Source: Bacteroidales bacterium (GTDB lineage: Bacteria > Bacteroidota > Bacteroidia > Bacteroidales > GCA-2748055). Taken from it: DNA of 64,000 bases. Every line of letters begins with the position of its first letter. Within the stretch, counting starts at the first letter, position 1. Below the pieces are notes generated by a model. It was not told the DNA's origin and did no database searches. It saw nothing but the letters and a program-made list of their open reading frames with translations. This document shows positions 18,501 through 26,811 of this stretch, piece after piece. The stretch spans positions 422 to 64,421 of the forward strand of contig JAWOHR010000212.1 in NCBI GenBank assembly GCA_046485075.1, read 5' to 3'. Both the position numbers and the translations under genes were made by a program.

Positions 18501-20010
18501 CCCTGATCTCCTTTAACAGTTTTCCCAAATCCAGAAGTGGTTCACAGGTAAACAGAGCCGATAAGGTCACTCCCAGCACACCATGCAGTCCCACCCCGGA
18601 ACTTTGCCCCGTGAGGAAGAGGTTGGGTATCCTGGTGTTGGTTGATATATAGGAATAACGTGCATTCCTGCAGTCCTTCATGATTCCATAGACGGTTCCG
18701 TGCGGGGTACCGGTATAATCACGGAAAGTGAGAGGAGTGGCGGTATAGTAGGTCTCAATGGCATCCCTCAGACCTTTAAGGCGCGAATCTGCAAATTCTA
18801 TTAATAGTTCGGCCCTCTTGCGCTTAAAGGTGGTATAGTCTCTTCCTCTTTTTCCCACTGTGGTATTTTCCCACTGTTTAACCTCTTCATACTTCATGTA
18901 AGCAGAAATGGTCATGCTTTCCGCATACCCGGGATTGGATTGATCGGGTGTGGTGTATAGGATGCAGGCACCCGGCCAGGGTCTTTCGAAATAGGTTCCG
19001 GGATTCCAGGAATCACTCCCGGTTGCGATATTTACGTTTGAGTTGATGTTGAGTAACTTTCCCTTTTTTAAGACAATATAGAGGCAAAACGATCCAATGG
19101 TATTTTCAAGCTCTTGAATCCTTTGCACATATGCCTTTCGGAACACTCCCGGTTCAACCAGTTTAACGGTTAGTGCCGGGTGCAGGCTGGAGATGAAATG
19201 GTCCCCTTTAACCATCGATCCGTCCCGTAACTCAATAGCCGTTGCTCTCCTTTCGTTTGTAATAAATCTGACCACCTCGCTGTTTATCCTCACCTCTCCG
19301 CCGTTTTGGGCGATGACATGCTCCAGTGCAGTCGCAAGCCGGTCACTTCCTTTGCTGAATTTCCAGGCACTCTGAATATAATGGTAGTGGATAATGGCGT
19401 GGGTGATCAGGGGTGATTTTCCGGGCTCACCAGCATAAAAAGCGCTGTTCACACCCCACAGTGCGCGCAGTTCGTGATTGTCGGTAAGGCTGTCGATGAA
19501 TTCAAATGCATCGATCTGGGTGTAACGGGTATCTGCATCAAGGTGGTTCCTGAAATCCTGAAGGTTCAGCACATTGGTACTGTTCCAAATCTCCTCAATC
19601 TTTTCAAGGTATGCATGAATGGCCGCTCCCTCGGATGGGAAATAGGTGAGAAGACGTTCCCTGTGCGCCTCCATTCCGCCGGCAAGGAGGTACTCCCTGT
19701 CGGACAGGTAAAGTCGTTCATATTGATCCCGATCGAGTCGCTCCAGTCCGGTTTGATCCAGTATCCCCAGGTATTTGAATACCTGGTGAAGGATCTGCCC
19801 CTTCTCCATCGTTCCCACAAAGTGCATGGCTGAATTAAAGACAACTCCTTTTCGCTTGAAGGTTTGCAGGTTACCCCCGATCTGGTGATGTTTTTCAAGG
19901 ATCAGGACCCTGTAGCCATTGAGGGAAAGAAGCGCCCCGCACATCAATCCACCTATGCCGCTTCCAATGATAACCACATCGAATCCTCCGTTGTTTCTGC
20001 TTCTCTCCAT
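18493..20010 (-). CDS. FAD-dependent oxidoreductase, phytoene desaturase (CrtI)-like
   Basis: N-terminal dinucleotide fold (DVVIIGSGIGGLMCGALL...LEKHHQIGG) and CrtI-like length. Confidence 0.8.
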   Translation of the reverse strand: MERSRNNGGFDVVIIGSGIGGLMCGALLSLNGYRVLILEKHHQIGGNLQTFKRKGVVFNSAMHFVGTMEKGQILHQVFKYLGILDQTGLERLDRDQYERLYLSDREYLLAGGMEAHRERLLTYFPSEGAAIHAYLEKIEEIWNSTNVLNLQDFRNHLDADTRYTQIDAFEFIDSLTDNHELRALWGVNSAFYAGEPGKSPLITHAIIHYHYIQSAWKFSKGSDRLATALEHVIAQNGGEVRINSEVVRFITNERRATAIELRDGSMVKGDHFISSLHPALTVKLVEPGVFRKAYVQRIQELENTIGSFCLYIVLKKGKLLNINSNVNIATGSDSWNPGTYFERPWPGACILYTTPDQSNPGYAESMTISAYMKYEEVKQWENTTVGKRGRDYTTFKRKRAELLIEFADSRLKGLRDAIETYYTATPLTFRDYTGTPHGTVYGIMKDCRNARYSYISTNTRIPNLFLTGQSSGVGLHGVLGVTLSALFTCEPLLDLGKLLKEIRDE

Positions 20011-23000
20011 CTACCGGTAAATGATATAAGTAATATTTGAGGTGAGCCTTGAATGGTCAACCCTCTTCCATTGAAATCCCTTCCGTTCTGCCACACGCTC
20101 TATGGCAGTAGCGGGAAGAAAGGTAAGGGGATAGAGGGTCTTGTTGAACCGCAATATTCGGGTCGACTGGATTTCAGTGAATTTGGTATAGAGGGTACGC
20201 CGCTTTAAATCTGCATCTGCATCGCGAAGAATCACCATTCCCTTTATATTCAAAGCATCCATACAGCGTTCCAGGAGTGCGATCTGAAGTTCCTCGGTAA
20301 GGTAGTGCAAAACATCATTAAGAACAAAGACATCAGCTGAAGGCATACTAAATGAAGTGATGTCAGCATCAATGAACCGGATATGCTCCATCCCACGGGC
20401 CGCCATTCGGGCGGTCGCAATCTTCCGGTTGTCGTAATCGATTGCCGTGATATTCCGCTCCCGCGAGGTTAACCCCAGCATGATGGAAAGAAACCCAAAG
20501 CCGCATCCCAGATCAACCACCGAGGCATCGAAAGGAATGATCCTGTGATAGAATGCATAGTTTTTCTCCATGTTCAACTTGACTTTCAGGTACCACTCCA
20601 GGACAGGGCCTTTGTAGAGAAACAGACCAACCAGTTTGTTTCTGAAATAGCCGGTGTCTCCCAACTGTTGGTGCAGGATTTTGTACTCTTTCCGGTAGAA
20701 AGCCGTTACCTCTTTGGCCTGCAAATGGTAGGTCCTTTCACCTTCATACACCCTGTATTCCGGTCTGATTCTCTGATAAAATTTCATGGTAAGCCTTCCA
20801 TGCTTCAGGAAGTGCTCCGATTTTGGCAGGGCATCATACGCCCCATGGACAATCACCGGTTGAATATCCAAACCCAGCATGCTGGCTAAACCGAATGCAC
20901 CCTGGTGAAACCGTTTGATGGTGCCGTCGGGCGATCTGCTTCCTTCGGGGAAAGCCAGGATGGTGTAACCCTCCGCGACCTTCTGTTTGAGACCTTCAAA
21001 ATTGTAATCAAGTCCCTTGTAGATAGGGTAGTATCCGGCAAACCGGATAATGAATCCATAGAATGCATTGTTCCAAACCCACTTATTAACCAGTACAATC
21101 ATTTTGGGATTTAACTGGAGCAAAAATACCAGGTCCAGTTGTGACTGGTGGTTGGAGATGATCACTGAAGGTGTGGTGAAGTCGGCCAGTTCCCTGTTGA
21201 TGTAATTTTTACTGATGGGAAAAGAGATTTTTATAATAAAGCGGGTGGAAAGAAAGATCAGGTAACCCGCCAGCCTTTTCTTTCTACTTCGGTTAAGAGG
21301 CAGCAACATAATGAGGGGGAGGAGCAGTGTTGCCAGGATGGCGGAGCCAAGGAAAAGGATAAAGAACACCAATGTGGAGACCATAACCGAAAGGGTAAGC
21401 GGTTCAAGTCTGTAGTTACCCTTACTCCTGGTCAGGAAGTTAAAGAGCAGTGGCAGTAAAGTGTATGAAATAATGACCACTGTGGAGATACCGAATATGG
21501 AGACCAGGGCGATGGATTTCAGGGCCGGGTGCCGGGCAAATATGAGTACACCGATGGCACCGATGGTGGTCAGAGCCGACAGGAGGATCGATAACTTGTA
21601 GGGACCAAGACTCTGGTTGCCCTCCCGGTGTTTTGCAATGATCCCGTTCATGATAAATATGGCGTAATCGATTCCAAGCCCGAAAACAAATGTGGAAATG
21701 ATGATGTTGAAAATATTAATCTCAATCCGGAACAGCCCCATTAGCCCCAGGGTCCACATCCAGCTGACCATAATAGGGATAAAAGTGATCACTGCAATCT
21801 CGATCCTGCCAAAAAAAAGAAGGAGGATCAGGAAAACGACGATCATGGAGAGGGTGACCAGTTTACTAAAATCCTCTTTCAGAACATCGAAGAACTGGTT
21901 GATGAAGTACTGTCCGTCGAAAATGATAAACGCTTCATTCCCGGAGAGCCTCTTAAAAAGTTCAGGTTTAGCGGTTGGATCAACCATCAGGATGGAGACC
22001 ACCGACCAGACTCCATCTTCCATGGAGATGAAGTTGTGGAGGAACAGGTCCATCAATAAACCATACTCCTTCATAGGGATGGGTTGAAACTTTTTGTCCA
22101 GCAGGTCGAAAAAAGGCTGGAAGGCATCCTCCCTGAAGTGGTAATCCACTCCGCTGCGATTTATGTTAGCTTTAATGATTTCAGCATCAGAGGTTTCCCA
22201 GAAATCGTTCCACCGTTCAATTTTCTCCTTCTGTCCTTCGCCAGAAAGCATAAGATCCGAAACCCAGGAAATCTCCGTAACCACCCCATCCTCTTTGCAG
22301 GACTCCAGCATCAGGCGGTTGGATTCAATCTTTTTCAAAGCCTCTTCCAGCGAATTTCCCTGTGTGACCAGGTAGACAGAGCTGTTTGCCACCGAACTGA
22401 TGGATTTGAGTTTTGCCTCAGCACTGACCAGGTCATCCGACATGTAGTTCAGGGTGGAGATGTCACCGTTGAATCTGATGTTTTGTGAAGTAAAGGCAAA
22501 CAGAATGGTCAGCAACAAAAGAGATATCACCAGGGTTCGGTTCTTCTCAAAGGAGTACCCTACCATCTTTTCGATCCGTTTGGAAATCCTGGTTCTTTTG
22601 GGGTCTGAACCCTTCTCCCCATCCTTCATTAAGAGGGGAAGGACCACCAATACCGTGAGGGCAGCGAAGGTGACTGCAAAAGCAGCAAAGAATCCGATCT
22701 GGTTCATTGCCTGCGAATGAATAATCGAAAGACAGAGGAAGGCAGACGCAGTGGTAATCCCGCTCATGAGTATGGGCATTGTAATGCGACCGATGGTTTC
22801 CTTTATTGAATTACCTGACCTGATATGGGTAAAGAAGTGCAAAGAGTAGTCTACCGTAATTCCCATGAAGATCACACCAACCCCCAATCCAATGGCCGAG
22901 ACCTCACCGTAGATCAGGGTCAGCATGGCAATGGAGATCAGTGAACCTATCACCACCGGCAGAAACATGAATAAGATCACCCTGATCTTTCGGAAGAATA

Positions 23001-23853
23001 TAAGGAATATAAGAAGGAAGAAGATAAAAGCAATGGATAGGGTCAGTCTGATATCTTTCTTTACTCTTACCGAATTTGCCACAGCTACGGCAGTACCTCC
23101 GTAATAATCAATTTTGACAGGATCCAGGGTGGTAATTTCGCGGATGGACTGATCCATGTATTGGATGAGCTTCAGGTTCTCCTTGGTGTTGGATCCCGGA
23201 TATGCAGGATCCATGAATATCATCAGGTTCTTTTTGTCACGTGTAAATATGGCCGAGTTTAAGACCATGAAATTGTCATCAAGCTGAAACCTGTTAAGCT
23301 TTTTCAACGCGATGGGGGTAAGGTTCAGAGGGTCCTTCAGGATAAATTTTCCCGTAGCCATACCGGCCGGGGAGATCAGTGTTCTGAATCCTCGGTGGAT
23401 GGTCTTGTCGATCTCCTCCGGGGTGAGGATCTTCCCGATTTCTATGTAATCCTCTTCATCCAGAAAGATGGGCAGATTCTCCAGGATAAAGTCATAGATC
23501 CTGAGCATGGCATCACCACCCACCTTGAACCGGATATCACCCACCAGTTCCTTTCGTTGTTCGAGCATTTCAACCAGGTGCTCACCACTGGATATCAGAT
23601 GGTCCGGATCAACTTTGGATGTGTCCTCCAGGGAGACCATGAAAATGATCTGATCGGCCAGTTGCGATTTATCGAATACTTTACTGATTCGACTGATTCG
23701 CTGGTCCTCCGGAATAATTGCATTCAGATTCTCTTCGATCCTGACACCCGAGGCCACGAGGGCGAAAACGCCCATGACAATGGTGAACAGGAGGAAAAAC
23801 AACCATTTTCTCCTTTCAAGGGTTCTGTTGATAATTACAAAGACACTTTGCAT
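20011..23853 (-). CDS. trifunctional fusion: MMPL/RND-type exporter + lysophospholipid acyltransferase + class I SAM-dependent methyltransferase (1280 aa)
   Basis: Residues 1 to about 850 form two blocks of TM helices with large loops (MMPL-like). An HX4D motif (SNHQSQLDLVF) and FPEGSRSPDG lie near aa 900-960. SAM motif I (VVDLGCGFGFLS) is at aa 1112. Confidence 0.8.
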   Translation of the reverse strand: MQSVFVIINRTLERRKWLFFLLFTIVMGVFALVASGVRIEENLNAIIPEDQRISRISKVFDKSQLADQIIFMVSLEDTSKVDPDHLISSGEHLVEMLEQRKELVGDIRFKVGGDAMLRIYDFILENLPIFLDEEDYIEIGKILTPEEIDKTIHRGFRTLISPAGMATGKFILKDPLNLTPIALKKLNRFQLDDNFMVLNSAIFTRDKKNLMIFMDPAYPGSNTKENLKLIQYMDQSIREITTLDPVKIDYYGGTAVAVANSVRVKKDIRLTLSIAFIFFLLIFLIFFRKIRVILFMFLPVVIGSLISIAMLTLIYGEVSAIGLGVGVIFMGITVDYSLHFFTHIRSGNSIKETIGRITMPILMSGITTASAFLCLSIIHSQAMNQIGFFAAFAVTFAALTVLVVLPLLMKDGEKGSDPKRTRISKRIEKMVGYSFEKNRTLVISLLLLTILFAFTSQNIRFNGDISTLNYMSDDLVSAEAKLKSISSVANSSVYLVTQGNSLEEALKKIESNRLMLESCKEDGVVTEISWVSDLMLSGEGQKEKIERWNDFWETSDAEIIKANINRSGVDYHFREDAFQPFFDLLDKKFQPIPMKEYGLLMDLFLHNFISMEDGVWSVVSILMVDPTAKPELFKRLSGNEAFIIFDGQYFINQFFDVLKEDFSKLVTLSMIVVFLILLLFFGRIEIAVITFIPIMVSWMWTLGLMGLFRIEINIFNIIISTFVFGLGIDYAIFIMNGIIAKHREGNQSLGPYKLSILLSALTTIGAIGVLIFARHPALKSIALVSIFGISTVVIISYTLLPLLFNFLTRSKGNYRLEPLTLSVMVSTLVFFILFLGSAILATLLLPLIMLLPLNRSRKKRLAGYLIFLSTRFIIKISFPISKNYINRELADFTTPSVIISNHQSQLDLVFLLQLNPKMIVLVNKWVWNNAFYGFIIRFAGYYPIYKGLDYNFEGLKQKVAEGYTILAFPEGSRSPDGTIKRFHQGAFGLASMLGLDIQPVIVHGAYDALPKSEHFLKHGRLTMKFYQRIRPEYRVYEGERTYHLQAKEVTAFYRKEYKILHQQLGDTGYFRNKLVGLFLYKGPVLEWYLKVKLNMEKNYAFYHRIIPFDASVVDLGCGFGFLSIMLGLTSRERNITAIDYDNRKIATARMAARGMEHIRFIDADITSFSMPSADVFVLNDVLHYLTEELQIALLERCMDALNIKGMVILRDADADLKRRTLYTKFTEIQSTRILRFNKTLYPLTFLPATAIERVAERKGFQWKRVDHSRLTSNITYIIYR

Positions 23854-25038
23854 CTATCGCTTGGGTTTAAAAAGGATCAGTAGAATATAGGAGAGCAGGC
23901 CGGAAAACATTCCCGCAATAGAGGCAAAAACAACTGCTCCGGTTAGGTATTGTTTCAGATTCTGGCCAATGGAAGCAAGGTTCAGTTCCACATCAACCAG
24001 CCAGCTTCCATCACCAAGCACATAACTTCCCGCAACATAACTCAGGTATAGAATAATGGGGATCATCGGTGGAATACTGATGTTGGCTGTAATAAAAAAA
24101 ATCGCCTTGTTCAATTTCAACAGGTGTGCGAAAAAGAACCCGACGAGCAGCTGGTAACCCCAGATAGGCAAAATTCCCATGAAAATACCCAAGGCCACAG
24201 AAAAGGCGATCGTGTGATGGGGTGTTCCGCTTTTAATAATATCCTCCCTGAGAATCTGCCTCAGGCTCTTGCTCCGGTATTTACGATACAAATTCCGGGG
24301 CCTGAAATAGGCGAGGCCCAGGAATACCAGCATGAAATTTAATAGGGTGATCCGCATAAAATCCCTGAAAGGCCTGAAGTGGGAGACCCTTTGTTCGCCC
24401 GGCGGATAATACACCTTTATCGGAATCTCAGTGACGGGTATCTCCTTCCAGACCGTTTTTACAAGGAGCTCCAATTCGAACTCATACCTTCCTGAAACCA
24501 GGCGGGTCCCTTCCAGTTTCCTGATGGGATAGAGCCTGAATCCTGATTGGGTATCCTTCAGCCGGAGTCCGGTTCCAACCCGGAACCAGAAACTGGAGAG
24601 CGAGTTGGCAAACCGATTCCTGAGGGGCACGTTCTCCTTATCAAGAACCCTGGACCCCATTACTAATACAGGAGATTGATGATCCAGGACATCAAGGAAG
24701 GCAGGTATATCCCCGGCACTATGCTGACTGTCAGAATCGAGCGTAATGGCATAATCAAACCCTCTCTCAAGGGCTTTTGCAAAGCCTGCCCTCAAAGCAG
24801 CCCCTTTGCCCAAATTACGGGGGAAGGAAATCACTGTAATTGAAGGGTGTATGGAGAGAATGGCTGAAGTTTCATCAGTGGATCCGTCATTTACGACAAT
24901 CACTTCCGATTGGAAACTCTCCACCGAGCGAAGCAACTTATCCAGAAACCTGGCATTGTTGTAAGTCGGGATAACCACACAGCACTTTAACCGCTCAAAT
25001 ACCTCTTTATAGATTTTGTTTTTGCTCTCTGAACTCAC
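23854..25038 (-). CDS. family 2 glycosyltransferase fused to a DUF2062-like membrane domain
   Basis: GT2 motifs (VVIPTYNNARFL, VNDGSTDET, LDSDSQH). The C-terminal TM region (HHTIAFSVALGIFMGILPIWGYQ) is typical of DUF2062. Confidence 0.8.
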   Translation of the reverse strand: MSSESKNKIYKEVFERLKCCVVIPTYNNARFLDKLLRSVESFQSEVIVVNDGSTDETSAILSIHPSITVISFPRNLGKGAALRAGFAKALERGFDYAITLDSDSQHSAGDIPAFLDVLDHQSPVLVMGSRVLDKENVPLRNRFANSLSSFWFRVGTGLRLKDTQSGFRLYPIRKLEGTRLVSGRYEFELELLVKTVWKEIPVTEIPIKVYYPPGEQRVSHFRPFRDFMRITLLNFMLVFLGLAYFRPRNLYRKYRSKSLRQILREDIIKSGTPHHTIAFSVALGIFMGILPIWGYQLLVGFFFAHLLKLNKAIFFITANISIPPMIPIILYLSYVAGSYVLGDGSWLVDVELNLASIGQNLKQYLTGAVVFASIAGMFSGLLSYILLILFKPKR

Positions 25039-25384
25039 CCTGAAACTTTATAAATACTTTCTCATTTTTTATTAGCCGGGCAGTCACCTGCATTTGATCT
25101 CCCGATTTACTGAAAGATATGGTTGCATCGATCTCCGGTTCGCTTAACGGCATATGAACAGCCGTGAATTTAATCTGCTTTGCACCTGTGAGCATCAGGG
25201 GTACCCTCCATTCTCCCTCCAGGATATCTCTGATCATCATTAGCTGGCAAACACCAGGGGTGACCGGGAATCCGGGGAAATGTCCGCTATATACCAGGTG
25301 ATGTGAATTGATCAGCAGGGTGGCATGGATCCGATTCTGTTCTCTGCCGGTGACCCTGTAACTGTATAGACCATTGAACCCCAT
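25007..25384 (-). CDS. FabA/FabZ-like 3-hydroxyacyl-ACP dehydratase (hotdog)
   Basis: Catalytic-His motif context (HLVYSGHFPGFPVTPGV). Confidence 0.75.
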   Translation of the reverse strand: MGFNGLYSYRVTGREQNRIHATLLINSHHLVYSGHFPGFPVTPGVCQLMMIRDILEGEWRVPLMLTGAKQIKFTAVHMPLSEPEIDATISFSKSGDQMQVTARLIKNEKVFIKFQGEFREQKQNL

Positions 25385-25391
25385 TACACTA

Positions 25392-26072
25392 TTATCTTTT
25401 CAACTCAGTTAAGTCAATTCTCAGCCTGATTCCCCTGTGCACTATTCTGATCTCCAGGGGTTCAGGCCCGCCTGTTTTTTTAGTTTCCCCGATACCAATT
25501 TGAAAATCGACCCTTTCAAATAATCCATTTCGCCTTCGGATGCGGACCGGACCCAGATTCTCACAATAGTTGTAAGCGTAACGTTGTGAATTGTATCTGA
25601 ATTTCAACACCTCGGTAACTCCGTCATCCATTTGTCTGACCTTAAACTCAACAATTTGTGACAAATCTAGCAATAACGTTTGAAAATCGTTTTGCAGGGT
25701 CTTTAATATAGATGGCCGGTTTAAAAATTCCTGGACGCTCACTACCTCAACCCGGTCATTCCGGAATGCCATATCCAGCAGGTTTAGTCCCAGTTCGGAG
25801 AGGAAAACCACATGTATGGCACTGTCTGCAGGAAGCTGTTTTACCAGGATAAGCCCCGAATAGTAATCTCCGAACACATGGATGGCCGCTTTGAAAAGAA
25901 GGGACTCTTTCACAACGCCGAGGGGTGCGAATTTTCCAAGCCCGCCATTGGTTTGCAAGGTATCGATCTTCCCCTCTGAGTAAGGGGCAGACGCCCTGCA
26001 GAAAGGGATCAGTATATTAATAATCAACAGAGAAAACAGGATCCTCAATGGGCTCATTGATTTTCTTATCAA
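25392..26072 (-). CDS. hypothetical lipoprotein (possible LolB/DUF3261-like partner of the adjacent LolA-like gene)
   Basis: Signal peptide/lipobox-like N-terminus. Function is inferred from position only. The start is uncertain because the ORF overlaps the upstream gene by 41-56 nt. Confidence 0.45.
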   Translation of the reverse strand: MIRKSMSPLRILFSLLIINILIPFCRASAPYSEGKIDTLQTNGGLGKFAPLGVVKESLLFKAAIHVFGDYYSGLILVKQLPADSAIHVVFLSELGLNLLDMAFRNDRVEVVSVQEFLNRPSILKTLQNDFQTLLLDLSQIVEFKVRQMDDGVTEVLKFRYNSQRYAYNYCENLGPVRIRRRNGLFERVDFQIGIGETKKTGGPEPLEIRIVHRGIRLRIDLTELKR

Positions 26073-26670
26073 TAAATTTGATCACTGTATAGTCCTTCTC
26101 ACTCTCCTTCATGATGACCTCTTCAACAGTCAGGTCCAACTTGTTGAAATAGATCTCCATGGTGGAGATTACCTCTCTCATGCCGTTATCTTTTGGAACC
26201 AGGCTGATCTTGTATTGCCGGCTGTTTTCAAAAGCTGCCCTTTCAAACCTATCCCCGGTAATATTGCCCCTGACCATATCCACAATCAGGTTGTTGATCC
26301 CGGCAAAAGCAGGATTTGACTCAATGTCATATGCACTTACCTGTTCCCCGTCCCTGATGCGAAACTGTCCCTCGTGAATGACAATCACGTAATCAAACGG
26401 TTCCTTGTAGGCCCATCGAAGGTTGTTCTCTTTCTTGAACCAGAAGGCGCCATTGCTAATGATGGTTTCATCCAGGAACTCCAGCTGTTTCTGCTGGATA
26501 AAATTACTCTGTATGGTTTCGATCCTGGCTGCATTTTCATTGAGGCGGACAATAAGCTGGTCAATATTCTCCACCCTGCGAAACTCATCCTGCACCCTGT
26601 ATCCGCTGCCGGCAATGGTAACAAGGGTAAGTATCCACACCATGATCAACCTGGCTTTCATTACTCCCAT
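26017..26670 (-). CDS. LolA-like outer-membrane lipoprotein carrier family protein
   Basis: Signal peptide and a LolA-type pattern (IQSNFIQQKQLEFLDETIISNGAFWFKKENNLRWAYKEPFDYVIV). Confidence 0.75.
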   Translation of the reverse strand: MGVMKARLIMVWILTLVTIAGSGYRVQDEFRRVENIDQLIVRLNENAARIETIQSNFIQQKQLEFLDETIISNGAFWFKKENNLRWAYKEPFDYVIVIHEGQFRIRDGEQVSAYDIESNPAFAGINNLIVDMVRGNITGDRFERAAFENSRQYKISLVPKDNGMREVISTMEIYFNKLDLTVEEVIMKESEKDYTVIKFIDKKINEPIEDPVFSVDY

Positions 26671-26699
26671 TTTAATCTTTTGTTGATTGGACTATGGTC

Positions 26700-26707
26700 C
26701 AAAGGTA
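26700..26707 (-). promoter_or_regulatory. candidate -7 box TAccTTTG for the minus-strand pigment operon
   Basis: CAAAggTA on the + strand is TAccTTTG on the - strand. It lies 30 nt upstream of the start codon at 26670. Confidence 0.35.
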
Positions 26708-26724
26708 GTAAAAGAAAATATTAG

Positions 26725-26732
26725 TAGATTTG
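26725..26732 (+). promoter_or_regulatory. candidate -7 box TAgaTTTG for the plus-strand pigment operon
   Basis: Exact TAnnTTTG match 80 nt upstream of the GTG start at 26812. It sits back to back with the minus-strand box, 17 bp away. Confidence 0.35.
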
Positions 26733-26811
26733 TGGTTTTTCCGAAACCTTGAATTCAGAAGTTAAGGAATTGTAACTACATTTATCGAACCTCAAAATAC
26801 CTGGAAAGTTT

